In this document: positions 35,272 to 51,746 of the stretch, in pieces
Position numbering within the stretch: position 1 is the stretch's first letter
How the letters are laid out: the number at the start of each line of letters is the position of its first letter
Assembly: GCF_009914755.1 (NCBI RefSeq)
Contig: NC_060933.1
Length of the DNA stretch: 64,000 bases
Direction: 5' to 3' (one strand)
Origin: the human T2T-CHM13v2.0 reference genome, Homo sapiens
Program-made: the position numbers and the translations under genes
The notes under the pieces: model-generated
Told to the model about the DNA's origin: nothing
Seen by the model: only the letters and a program-made list of their open reading frames with translations
Databases searched by the model: none

Positions 35272-35898
35272 CACTATACTACAATGCATTCGTTACCTCT
35301 TAGCCTGTCTTTGTTTTTCATTAACACCACTAAACTCTACTTCTCTGTCGCTTAAAAAAATTATTACCTTAATCCTACTGAGGAATTTTATTTTAATGCT
35401 TTTCTTATTAGGCTCAATTATTTGAAACAGATTACTCCAGGGAATATGTACATTCTTTTACATGATCTAACTTTAATGCCAATTATATCAGAAATTTATC
35501 TATAAATAAGATGAAACATTTCTAAAACTATAGTCCTAGCATGCATTATATTCTCAGTGGATAACTTTTTAAAGCATCCTGCAAATTCATGATATCATTA
35601 CTGATGAAAGGCAGGGAGAAAAAAAGTTCTCTTTCTCAAGAACGTAACTATTTGAGAACCTTTAAAAATTACATTCTGCATTTTTATTCCTGAAAAGAAA
35701 CAAGAACATTTTGTCTTTGTTTTTCATTATTGTAGATATTTTTAAACCAAGACACACGTATTGAAATATTCAACGTGTTGCTTTCTAAGCTCAACACTAA
35801 TAAATAACCATAAATGAATTTCATTAAAAGGAAATGTCAGACTAGGGCCCACTTTCTCAATCCCAATATAGTTCAAAATTCACCAATTTGGGAGTTTG

Positions 35899-35949
35899 CT
35901 TTTGTTGTTTTGTTTCCAATCTTTTGTTGTTTTGTTTCCAATCTTTTGT
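35899..35949. repeat. 22-bp tandem duplication (cttttgttgttttgtttccaat, about 2.3 copies)
   Basis: Exact copies at 35899-35920 and 35921-35942. Confidence 0.92.
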
Positions 35950-36016
35950 ACTTAAAGGAACCACATGTTAATAATTGTATGCTACAACTGCTCTAATGTT
36001 AGTGGATATAAACATT

Positions 36017-36020
<4 letters not shown>

Positions 36021-36049
<29 letters not shown>

Positions 36050-36290
36050 AGACGGAGTCTCGCTGTCGCCCAGGTTGGAGTGCAGTGGCGCAATCTCGGC
36101 TCACTGCAGGCTCCGCCCCCTGGGGTTCACGCCATTCTCCTGCCTCAGCCTCCCGAGTAGCTGGGACTACAGGCACCCGCCACCTCGCCCGGCTAATTTT
36201 TTGTATTTTTAGTAGAGACGGGGTTTCACCGTGTTAGCCAGGATGGTCTCGATCTCCTGACCTCGTGATCCGCCCGCCTCGGCCTCCCAA
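36021..36290 (-). mobile_element. Young AluY (AluYe5-like), 5'-truncated, adjacent to an exon donor
   Basis: CpG-rich; pure 30-nt T run (36019-36048); perfect TSD atataaacatttctt (36006-36020 and 36290-36304); Ye-type features GGCGAGGTGG, GGCGGAGCCTGCAG and GCGACAGCGAGAC. Confidence 0.92.
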
Positions 36291-36306
36291 TATAAACATT
36301 TCTTAC

Positions 36307-36445
36307 CAAATTACGCTTTTTTAGTGGAAGAAAATAGTAATAGTGGCAGAAAGAAAACATCAGTGCGTAGCAAGTAAGAAGTTCAGTGTAGAAACACAAC
36401 TGCAGAAAGAGCCAATGATTATCTTCACCAACACAATTGTTAATC
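36307..36445 (-). CDS. ZDHHC21: ZDHHC21 coding exon 4 (139 nt)
   Basis: Acceptor ttttctttag|G, donor TTG|gtaaga; encodes (W)INNCVGEDNHWLFLQLCFYTELLTCYALMFSFCHYYYFLPLKKRNL; phase 2 to phase 0. Confidence 0.97.
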
Positions 36446-37641
36446 CTAAAGAAAAAAAATGAAAAAGAAACAATATTTTAAATTTCAAGAAGTTCACCTC
36501 AGGATCAATAAGACTAAATTAAAAACAAATAATATCACATATGCTTAACTTCATGGAGATATGCTATGGCCACTTGAAGGTAAAAACAAACTATACAGAG
36601 AAAACTATAAATATACCATCTTATATTTGTAAAGCACTTCACAAAGGAAGTCCACATATGTGATCCCCCTTCAACTCATAACAACTCAGCGAGACAGGAA
36701 GAGCAGACGGTAGTCTCCTGTGTCACTGATATGGAAACAGGGAACAAAGGAGCTAAGCCTCTGGCCAGAGGATGTAGAGTTAGAAGACATAGGGGCCAAG
36801 AGAGCAAGAACCCTGCTTCCCTGTATATTGCTCTTCCTTTAGGGCATTCTAGCTGTGAAAAGCAATCTGAATGCCCTGAAGTAAACCAGCTGAAACATAC
36901 CACTCTGACATAACTGCTAAGCATTCACTTTTCATTTTAAAAATCTACCCCTGGTTGCTGAAAATAAAAATGTATTCAAAACTATTTATAAATACACACA
37001 GCTATACTTCCACCAATACAACAGTGAACCCTAACTAGGAAAGAGGATTAATGTTACAATAAAAAATTTTCAAGGCTAATTTAAGCTGAATATTTTATTG
37101 TTCCAAATTTATTGTATCCAAATTGTCAAAGTATCCTAAAATTCCAGCAAAAAACCCTAGTTCAAGACTACAAATGACTTTGCACAAATGTTTTCATTTC
37201 AAAATAGTATTATACTGTCACTGAAAAAGAAACGATGTAACAGGTTTCGGTCCTAACTTAAATCGCTCTTTTTAACTTTGTCATTAAACCATTTTTTAAA
37301 GTCAAATACAGACCTGAACTGAAAAACCTTAGAGAGGCATTTCTTAAGATTTAAGAGTGCATGTTTTGTAAACAAGAAAATCTACTGTGCTTTGTTATTT
37401 GCAAGCAGGATTATAAGAGAAGTGTGCTTATGTATTAATATACACTCAAAAGTGCTCTTCAACAGCTGCCGATTGAAAGATGACTTATCATTGTTCCATC
37501 TTTCCTGTCCCCAGGAAGTTTGAGAAACACAGTCTATGATCACAGCATTCTTCTTAACCAGAACAGCTTTAAGAAGCACTAAGGTATTCAATCTATATGA
37601 GTTCTTTTTGTAACATCTGCACTACTTAGAAAGAATGATCA

Positions 37642-37951
37642 GGCCAGGCGCGGTGACTCAAGCCTGTAATCCCAGAACTTTGGGAGGCCGAGGGGAGCAG
37701 ATCACCTGAGGTTGGGAGTTTGAGACCAGCCTGGCCAACATGGTGACAACCCGTCTCTGCTAAAAATACAAAAATTAGCCAACCATGGTGGCATGCACTT
37801 GTAATCCCAGCTACTCGGGAGGCTGAGGCAGGAGAATCACTTGAGGCCAGGAGGCAGAGGTTGCAGTGAGGCAGAGGTTGAGATCATGCCACTGCACTCC
37901 AGCCTGGGCAACAGAGTAAGACTCCATCTCAAAAAAAAAAAAAAAAAAAAA
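37642..37951 (+). mobile_element. AluS (Sq/Sx-type) SINE
   Basis: Full dimer with poly(A); TSD aaagaatgatca (37630-37641 and 37952-37963). Confidence 0.93.
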
Positions 37952-39774
37952 AAAGAATGATCAGAGCCACAAATACAGAAAACCTTGAGGCAACGTGAGA
38001 ATTGACCTCCAAACCTAAAAATGTCTTAGGCAGTTAAGTAGTGCAATTTCTGAAAACATCAAAAATTTTCCTTGCTTCCAATTTACACTGTACATTTCCC
38101 CTGCTCTCTGAACATTTCAGCAGTGCTCTATCAGGAAATTCAATGATAAAAATTCCTGAATCTCTTTAGGTCCCTTGTCTACTCTCCTTTCTGATCCTCC
38201 AATCCTTTGTACTTCCCCCTCACTGCTACCAACTTCTGAAAAGTTGACTAAAACTATGGAAGCAAGAGGCCCAGAAAGAGAAATCACCCCAACGTTAGAA
38301 TTAAGGTTAAATAGCACCTTATTTGGTCACCAATAAGTGAGTCTTTCCTAGTTCTTTCTTACTACTGCATTCGTTTGAAAAAAAAAGCATCAATATCCAC
38401 TTCCATCATGAACATTTGTATTTTAGTGAATAAGAAACTCTACAATAAGAAGCGCTTAAAAACTGAGCTTTTCTGTATGATCAGCAATTATCTGAATACA
38501 TGTTTCACGTAGCTTTCTAAAAATCTATTACTATTGTGAGAGCAAACAGATCACTGAGCTTAAGAAAATTACTTGGGAATTAATCTTTATTCCCAAGTAA
38601 TTCCCAAATAATTATTTACGTTTAAATTCAAGGCACAGTTTTGAATATCAACTATATGTCATACACTACTCTATCTTGTTGACAGATTTAGAAATTTTTA
38701 AAATTTTTATGTAGTAACAAAATGCTTTTATCGAAAATGCTCTTACTTTTTCCTATTTCAGGAAATTATCTTCTATTTAAACAGTCTATGCAAAAAAACA
38801 AATTTCCACCAGAAGTTTGCTGAATAACTGTGCTATCAAAATAAGTTATCAAAAATAAAGAAAACTCTAAATAGACTAACATTAGAAAAAGCTAAACTCC
38901 ACTTGCATCAATTTTAAATAAAAGCAATTATAAATTAAGAGGCTCATTATGTAAATTTGCATATATGCATGTATGTGTATACAAACATAAATACTACATA
39001 TATGTATACAGATACATTTGTCAAATTCTACACTATACCAGTTTAAATATTTATACAGAGAGCCAATGCTAAGAAAACAGAATTAAATACAATATCTTGT
39101 TCACAGATTTTTGTGACAGCTTTAAAATGAGATACAATACAGAATTCACGCAGCATTTGTTTTCGAAGATTATATTTCTCAACTGAACATTTTCTTTAAA
39201 TATTACAAGAGAGCCCCCTATTGACCAAAACTGTTAGCAGTTCTGCAGAATCAGCTAATTATCACTCACATACTTCCAACATGTACATAATGGTAGTAGC
39301 TATATCCAATACATAATGCTTAAAAAGCTTTAAGGGGTAAGGAAGAGGTTATCAGGGTGTCTGAAATGTTATTAATTAAACAAATGAAAAGGGGATATAA
39401 ACATTCGGATGCATATGGTTTATTACAATTAGAAATAGCTACCATTTAAGTACATCCTACTTGTCAGATATTGTAGTAAATGTTTTATATACATTGCCTC
39501 ATTTAATACAACCACCTTAATCCTTTTGTATATCAGGCTGCAGTTAATTCTTACTTTTTTGGCTCAAATCTCTCCCTGTTAGAAAAGATAGGATTTCTGT
39601 GGAAAAATGACTTTGGGAGTTGACAGAACCATATAATCTAAATAAAGATATCCTTATTAAGATATTGTAAAACTATATAACTTTAACATAACTGTTGTTT
39701 AAAGCTGCCAAGTTGTAAGATTTACATTTTATTACCCACCCCTCTTTTCTTTGCTAGAAGTGAATTATTCTTAC

Positions 39775-39886
39775 CATGGACAGTGATGATCCATTCTCCT
39801 CACACAGTGGCCGCAGCGGCTGCAGTGATGGGAACGCTTTGGTCTCATCAAATTACACTTGTTACATAATTCCCAGAACTCCCTTT
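39775..39886 (-). CDS. ZDHHC21: ZDHHC21 coding exon 3 (112 nt; cysteine-rich domain with catalytic DHHC motif)
   Basis: Acceptor ttcttttctttag|AA, donor TG|gtaag; encodes (E)[36 protein letters not shown](W). Confidence 0.98.
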
Positions 39887-41554
39887 CTAAAGAAAAGAAA
39901 TTAAAATCCATTTAATGAAGGCAAGTGGGTAATGCTGAAATTTACCAACAGTTGTTTAGAAGATTTTATAGGAAGCCTTCAACATAAAACTCTAAGAGAT
40001 TTTTCTTCTAAGCCTTTGGTATAAATGTGTTTGCCATAAATGCTGCTGTTCTATTCTACATATGTCTTATTTTGTGTGTTTCTAATTTAAAAGACTAAAA
40101 AAATAAGACACTATTGTTATAGTCAAAGTAAGAGACAGAAAACAATGTATTTGGATTCTGGGTATACTGTGAGAATATAAGTAAAATCCAATGACAAAAC
40201 CCTAGAGCCCAACCAAATTATTATACTAAAACAATTTTATTTAAACAAATTGATTTCTAGAAATTTCATTTTCTAAAGGCTCTAAAGAAGAAATAATGCT
40301 GACCCTGGTTTCAATTGATTAGTAAACTGAAATCAACCCTATAAACTCATCCGAAAAACAGATGGCATTTCCCTCCACATACACTTTCCCTAAATCATTT
40401 AATTTTAAAAAACATCAGTAGATTCATTTAAGAGTGTGTATGGGACAGGTTAGAGAAGGATGTCATATGGGTTTGGGAGGTATCAGAATAGTTTCAGTAG
40501 TGAAAAATGTTATAAGACAACTACTATTTTTAATGAAAATAAAGGAGTTCTTCATAAAACACTGAACTACCACCAACTAGCAATTTCCTCTAATCTGGAG
40601 TGAAACAGCACACGATTAAGCTCTGTGCCAAAAACACAAAGTTTGCATAAGAGAAAAGGCTTTTGTTTTCATTAAAAACTGTCCTAATTAGGTCCGCGAA
40701 AACTATGGAAGAGTCATCTTCCTAGAAAAGACAATTGCCTTATTATACAAAAATGTATCTTTTAAATATATTGGAATGGAATTTTTCTTTTACAAAATTC
40801 TTTTAATTTTCATCATCTGTGTTTATACTATCCCATAACCTCATTAAAAGTATGGACATAGTAAGATTAGCCTAACTCCTATATTCAGATTGAATTTTAG
40901 TACATGAAGAGTAGGACCCTAGCACATACTAGGTAGTCACTAAATGCTTGCTGACGTATGAAAAGTCTAAAATCAAAAAATGAAAGATTCTAAATAAAAG
41001 TGAAAGATAATAGTAGACAATATTCAATTTTCTTTTTTTTTTCAGATTACAGATTTTTTTTTTTTTTTACCAATATTGATATTTTTATTTCTTTTTTTTC
41101 TCTTTTTTTTCTTCTTTTTTAAGATTCTCTGTTTGAATTCCATTACTTTAGTTGAATGGTCAGGAGCAACATCAACATGCTGGACTTTTATATAGTAAAG
41201 CGTTGGGAAAATACTCCCACTACAGACATCTCTGAAGAAACAAAGTATGAATAAAACCTACATCAAATTAATTGTTCCAATAATATGAAAGTTGAGAAAT
41301 TATCTCTTATACTTGAAATCTTATTTTAAAAGAAAATACTTTTTCATCTCTTACAGTTATTTTAATGAAAATAAATCATGCAAGAGCAACAGTACTAAAG
41401 CTTAATTTACATAGTTAAACTAGTACTATTTACCTCTAAGTGAAATAAAAACTCATTTAATCTATAGCATATTACAATGTCACAAGCATATCATATTCCA
41501 CTCCCCTACTTAGCTCAATGCTCCCAAACATCCCAGTGTTAAAACTTTGAATTC

Positions 41555-42450
41555 GGGGGGAGGAGCCAAGATGGCCGAATAGGAACAGCTCCGGTCTACA
41601 GCTCCCAGCGTGAGCGACGCAGAAGACGGGTGATTTCTGCATTTCCATCTGAGGTACCGGGTTCATCTCACTAGGGAGTGCCAGACAGTGGGCGCAGGCC
41701 AGCGGGTGCGCGCACCGTGCGCCAGCCGAAGCAGGGCGAGGCATTGCCTCACTCGGGAAGCGCAAGGGGTCAGGGAGTTCCCTTTCCGAGTCAAAGAAAG
41801 GGGTGACGGACGCACCTGGAAAATCGGGTCACTCCCACCCTAATACTGCGCTTTTCAGACCGGCTTAAGAAACGGCGCACCACGAGACTATATCCCACAC
41901 CTGGCTCGGAGGGTCCTATGCCCACGGAGTCTCACTGATTGCTAGCACAGCAGTCTGAGATCAAACTGCAAGGCGGCAGCGAGGCTGGGGGAGGGGCGCC
42001 CGCCATTGCCCAGGCTTGCTTAGGTAGACAAAGCAGCCGGGAAGCTCGAACTGGCTGGAGCCCACCACAGCTCAAGGAGGCCTGCCTGCCTCTGTAGGCT
42101 CCACCTCTGGGGGCAGGGCACAGACAAACAAAAAGACAGCAGTAACCTCCGCAGACTTAAATGTCCCTGACAGCTTTGAAGAGAGCAGTGGTTCTCCCAG
42201 CACGCAGCTGGAGATCTGAGAACTGGCAGACTGCCTCCTCAAGTGGGTCCCTGACCCCCGAGCAGCCTAACTGGGAGGCACCCCCCAGCAGGGGCACACT
42301 GACATCTCACACAGCAGGGTATTCCAACAGACCTGCAGCTGAGGGTCCTGTCTGTTAGAAGGAAAACTAACAAACAGAAAGGACATCCACACCGAAAACC
42401 CATCTGTACATCACCATCATCAAAGACCAAAAGTAGATAAAATCACAAAG
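41555..42450. promoter_or_regulatory. L1 5'UTR bidirectional promoter (sense plus antisense promoter), CpG-rich, YY1 site intact
   Basis: caagatggccg at about 41567; many retained CpGs. Promoter activity is inferred from established L1 biology. Confidence 0.75.
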
Positions 42451-43467
42451 ATGGGGAAAAAACAGAACAGAAAAACTGGAAACTCTAAAATGCAGAGCGT
42501 CTCTCCTCCTCCAAAGGAACGCAGTTCCTCACCAGCAACAGAACAAAGCTGGATGGAGAATGACTTTGACGAGCTGAGAGAAGAAGGCTTCAGACGATCA
42601 AATTACTCTGAGCTACGGGAGGACATTCAAACCAAAGGCAAAGAAGTTGAAAACTTTGAAAAAAATTTAGAAGAATGTATAACTAGAATAACCAATACAG
42701 AGAAATGCTTAAAGGAGCTGATGGAGCTGAAAACCAAGGCTCGAGAACTACGTGAAGAATGCAGAAGCCTCAGGAGCCGATGCGATCAACTGGAAGAAAG
42801 GGTATCAGCAATGGAAGATGAAATGAATGAAATGAAGCGAGAAGGGAAGTTTAGAGAAAAAAGAATAAAAAGAAATGAGCAAAGCCTCCAAGAAATATGG
42901 GATTATGTGAAAAGACCAAATCTACGTCTGATTGGTGTACCTGAAAGTGATGGGGAGAATGGAACCAAGTTGGAAAACACTCTGCAGGATATTATCCAGG
43001 AGAACTTCCCCAATCTAGCAAGGCAGGCCAACGTTCAGATTCAGGAAATACAGAGAACGCCACAAAGATACTCCCCAAGAAGAAAAACTCCAAGACACAT
43101 AATTGTCAGATTCACCAAAGTTGAAATGAAGGAAAAAATATTAAGGGCAGCCAGAGAGAAAGGTCGGGTTACCCTCAAAGGGAAGCCCATCAGACTAACA
43201 GCGGATCTCTCGGCAGAAACCCTACAAGCCAGAAGAGAGTGGGGGCCAATATTCAACATTCTTAAAGAAAAGAATTTTCAACCCAGAATTTCATATCCAG
43301 CCAAACTAAGCTTCATAAGTGAAGGAGAAATAAAATCCTTTACAGACAAGCAAATGCTGACAGATTTTGTCACCACCAGGCCTGCCCTAAAAGAGCTCCT
43401 GAAGGAAGCGCTAAACATGGAAAGGAACAACGGGTACCAGCCGCTGCAAAATCATGCCAAAATGTAA
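42451..43467 (+). CDS. L1 ORF1p (338 aa, intact reading frame)
   Basis: Canonical length; REKG, ARREW and YPAKLS motifs present. Confidence 0.95.
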   Translation: MGKKQNRKTGNSKMQSVSPPPKERSSSPATEQSWMENDFDELREEGFRRSNYSELREDIQTKGKEVENFEKNLEECITRITNTEKCLKELMELKTKARELREECRSLRSRCDQLEERVSAMEDEMNEMKREGKFREKRIKRNEQSLQEIWDYVKRPNLRLIGVPESDGENGTKLENTLQDIIQENFPNLARQANVQIQEIQRTPQRYSPRRKTPRHIIVRFTKVEMKEKILRAAREKGRVTLKGKPIRLTADLSAETLQARREWGPIFNILKEKNFQPRISYPAKLSFISEGEIKSFTDKQMLTDFVTTRPALKELLKEALNMERNNGYQPLQNHAKM

Positions 43468-43503
43468 AGACCATCGAGACTAGGAAGAAACTGCATCAAC
43501 TAA

Positions 43504-47359
<3,856 letters not shown>

Positions 47360-47870
47360 ACAATGAGATCACATGGACACAGGAAGGGGAATATCACACT
47401 CTAGGGACTGTGGTGGGGTGGGGGGAGGGGGGAGGGATAGCATTGGGAGATATACCTAATGCTAGATGACGAGTTAGTGGGTGCAGTGCACCAGCATGGC
47501 ACATGTATACATATGTAACTAACCTGCACAATGTGCACATGTACCCTAAAACTTAAAGTATAATAAAAAAACAAATAAACAAAAAAAAACAAAACAAACA
47601 AACAAAAAAACTTTGAATTCACACATTGCAAGGAATATAGACAGGAAGGAGGCGCTCCACAACGAGCCAATTTTCACTAAAAGGCGATATAAAAATTTGT
47701 TTTTATCAGCCACTTAAAACATAAACACGGTGTATTCATTATTGGTAATTTCTGAGAAATCAGCATATAATATCCTAGAGAATAAATTCTTCATTTTATA
47801 TCTAAAATGTATTCTCAGAAGAGAGCACTTGGCAATAGTTAGAGAAAGCCTACAATTTTGTAATCTAGAC

Positions 47871-48181
47871 CACAGATACAAACTACAGTCTGCAGGCAAA
47901 TCCAGTCTACCACCTGTTTCTGTATGACCTATGAGCTAAGAATAATTTTTACAATTTTAAATTATTGAAAATAACAATTTGTGACATGTAAAATCATAAA
48001 ATTCAAATTTCTGGGTCCATAAACAAAGTTTGATGTACCCATCATTTACATATTGTCTATGGCTGCTTTTGTGTTTCAGTGGCAGAGCTGAGGAGTTGTA
48101 ATAGAGACTGTATGGCCCATAAAGCTGAAAATATTTACTACGGGCCTTTATAGTAAAGAAGAATTTATTTGCTAATCTATG
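47871..48181 (+). mobile_element. MER58B (hAT-Charlie)
   Basis: caaactacagtctgcaggcaaatcc...gagctaagaataatttttac; 8-bp TSD atctagac/gtctggac. Confidence 0.8.
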
Positions 48182-49264
48182 GTCTGGACCATAAATTGAT
48201 TTAAAGAAAGAACTTGAGTCATTCCTTTGATAACATGAAGATATTACATAAGTATCTAAAATGAGAAATACCTGTAAAAACTCACAGTTTCACATATCTA
48301 TATGAACACATACATATCTATATGTTTAGGGAACAGAGGAGAAATCACTATTGTCAAAAATCCAGCAATTTAATTGATCATCTAGAAGGTGCTTTTGCCT
48401 TGTGTAGCAAGAAAAAAAATCCATCCATCTTAACACACCCTACATATCTCTGAAGCCTTTCTTAGTCATTTCCCTTTCCTTCCTTTACTCATGTCCACAA
48501 AGGATCTTGGCGACTGATACATTCTGATGTCTAGTGATTTTTGTACTAGCCAAGTAATAATGTTTTTAAAAAGACTATGAGAAAAAGAATTCAACTGAAA
48601 ATTTATGATAGCTTTAAAAAATTAAAAGCTAACAGATACATTTTTAAGGGAGAGAAAAATCAAAATATAAAACAAAACCAAAAAAAAGGCAAACTCCATG
48701 ACTGAGGCTGTTTAATGTGAGTAAATACATCATTTTGTTTAACCTGGAGATTTACTAATGCTGTGAATGCTTGAATGAATATAATGCAATGCTTGGTTTG
48801 TTTGACCCTCAGAAAGGAAGGAATCACCTTCTACATGAGTCTTTTAAAAGACTCTCATTTTAAGGGACCCTCACTCAATTAATACATTTAAAATCACTAT
48901 GTAATGCTTTGAGAAGAAAAACATTACTTGAAATTACCTAAATCAATACAAAGTTTGGGTCCTAACAGAGATTCCCTAACAAGAATCAGTTGTCAATGTA
49001 GGAAATAAATGTCAGTAAGTCTCTCACAGATCACCTTTAAAAAGCAATGTAAGAGGGAGGATCAAACTAAAACTATGAGTGAATACATGACCCTGATTAC
49101 TGAATACAGGAATCCTTAGAGCTTGGGGTAAATTTTTGAGAGACTGCATCAAAACAGGACGCATTTTTTTTAACTTGAAAGAATTTCCACTGTAATGCTA
49201 TGTCAAAAAACATGGCTCTAGTAATGACAAAACCACATGTCGAACATTCAAGTGAAAAACTCGA

Positions 49265-49392
49265 TTAAAATGTTCTAAAGTTGATTGCAGTGATGGTTAC
49301 ACAACTGTGGGCATACAAAAACCCATAGAATTGTACACTCTAACTGGGTAAATTATATGGCATGTAAATTATACTCAATAAACCATTTTTAA
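49265..49392 (+). mobile_element. Old L1 (L1MB-type) 3'UTR tip
   Basis: aaaatgttctaaagttgattg...gaattgtacact...tactcaataaa. Confidence 0.65.
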
Positions 49393-50389
49393 ACATAGTT
49401 AAGAACTTGAATAAAATTTCATAAAATATGAAAGTGATAAAAATATTTCTAACTGAAGGTGTTCATTTTGTTTTATTTCAAATACACACATGAACAATTC
49501 AAGTAATATAAACAAACATGTAACTATTTCATTTGACTGTTTCATCTATATGCTCAAAAGTTTATAAAGTCAAATTCTGGGAATCTTCTCATGGGAAAAT
49601 GGAACATTTCCTTATATTCAAATTGCCTCATATTTAGTGGGTCACATATATACTGAAGTCATTGTGTTTTAAAAAAGCAGAAACGCATGTAAAATACTTC
49701 AGAGTAATTCAATAAAAAAATAGTTAAAATCACCAAAGTATTAGGACTTCAAGATCCCTTTTCTGAAGAATTCAGTTATATGAAACTGCTCAACCTTTAA
49801 ACATTCCTGAATAAATGTCACTATTCTATAGTTTCAACTCTCTAGGCATTCAATATTATCTTTCACTGTTAAAATTTTGTATTTTTTTTTACTAAATTAA
49901 AATCATATTTACAAAAGAATCAGGTAACCAGCACCAAAAAGTACATTATGACTTAAGTTTTCCCCAGATTCGTAACAAAGGTGAATAAAAAGCTAAAATT
50001 ATCTCTGTACATAGATCCATGGTAATAAGATGACAGAGACAAGGTTCTGGGTCTTTGGGCTGGATCGCACACCAACAACCAGATGTTTAACCCAGGAAGG
50101 ACAATCTATGCTCCTGACCACCCAGCCTACCTACCTCATACAATTACCATGAGGATCATATGATATGTGATACAGAAGCCAAGAGATGGGGTGTGGTGAA
50201 ACTGCCGGGGTGCAGGGGGAGCAGGGTTGCAATTTTAAGTAGAGAAGTTTGGAAAAGACACATACAAGCAAAGACATCAAAGTGGTGTTAGATGACATTT
50301 ATAACCAATATATATTAAAGGCAATAAAATATGTAAATAAAGACAGTAATTCTGGCATCAGCAAAACTGATAAATCCAGAGTACCATAC

Positions 50390-50488
50390 CTCCATGTGGG
50401 ATCTTGGGGTTCTCAGGGAGTCTTCCTGGATCAGTTATGGAGGCCCTCACTAAGGCAACCAGACAGAATATGGAAATGCCATAGAATA
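50390..50488 (-). CDS. ZDHHC21: ZDHHC21 coding exon 2 (99 nt; TM2 and DPG motif)
   Basis: Acceptor ttttaaag|TA, donor G|gtatgg; encodes (I)FYGISIFCLVALVRASITDPGRLPENPKIPHG; phase 1 to phase 1. Confidence 0.97.
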
Positions 50489-51746
50489 CTTTAAAATAAA
50501 TAAATTAAATAAATTAGTCACTTACCCTTCAAAACATTTTATCAACAATCATATTTAAAGTTTAAAATGTATATTTTAACAAACACCATCAGGAGAAAAA
50601 ATTTCAAAAGATTAAAAAATAAATAATTGATTTCACTCACCAAATAACACTGTCAGGAGGACTATCTTAAATAGTCCTAATTTTAATCATTACTAATTTT
50701 AATTATTATTTTACATGATAGTAACTCAAAGTTCTTATAAATCAGATCCCTTAATAACAGGGACTTCCTATTAATAATGGCATAAATGAATAGGCTCCCG
50801 TTTAATTACTACATGTTCTATATTTGAAAGGATCAAAATACCATTTTAAATTCTACAACTAAACTTTTTCATTAACTAACTGGGTATCTTCAATATTACT
50901 CTGAATTAGTGATGTTCAACTGTCCCTTTTGATGGATCTTAAAATGATTAGTTTGAGAATTAAGACTTAGAAACTTTTTAATTTTAAAATTAATAACCAG
51001 AAAACAAAAATAGTAAGGGAAAACAGATTTGGCCACCATAATTCTACATTTTTAAATTAGTAAGAATAGAGAAATTCTGTTGGGGCGATAAAAAAAAAAA
51101 ACATACTGTACATGTAAAGGGAATAGTCTGAGTGCTCAATCCAGGACTGACTGCATAGTACCGGTCAGTTTTATCATATATATATAAAATTTCCCATGGT
51201 TCGTGTGAGGTCAAAATGAGGTAATGTGCATGAAAACTGTAAATGCCATGTACATGTAAAATATATAATTTCAATTTATTTTAATCATAAGCAAGCCATC
51301 ACCAATTGACTAATAACTATCCAGAAGTTCCAAGTGTTATCATAATCAACTTCGTAATCAATACTTTTCTTATGAAATTCTCACTTCTCAGTAATGTATA
51401 CTGTCTCTATTCTTCAAACATCTACATTTGTAATTAGGTACAAAACAGCAATAATAAAAATACAGAGAGACATGCAAGTTATCACTACTGTGTCAGTTTT
51501 CTATTTTTAACAAAATGGTCTTCATGCACTTTGCAGTTAAAAATGGAGATATCACTTTTATCTAACTGCAAATCTATAAAGGCCATTATTTCCATAAGTT
51601 CATAAATTAGTAAATAACTGAATATTGACAGCACTGCTAAAATACTAAATATATTAAAAGGAAAGTTATCATAGTGGCACTACACCCCAAAAACGTTTAC
51701 AATGAGAAAAATAATTATACAAGAAAATAAAGATCAAGAAACTTAC

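Noticed and set aside
41025-41125. Polypyrimidine tracts with AG as acceptors of an antisense exon
   Set aside because: Low-complexity T runs with no convincing donor or ORF; they would also cause oligo-dT internal priming artefacts on the gene strand.
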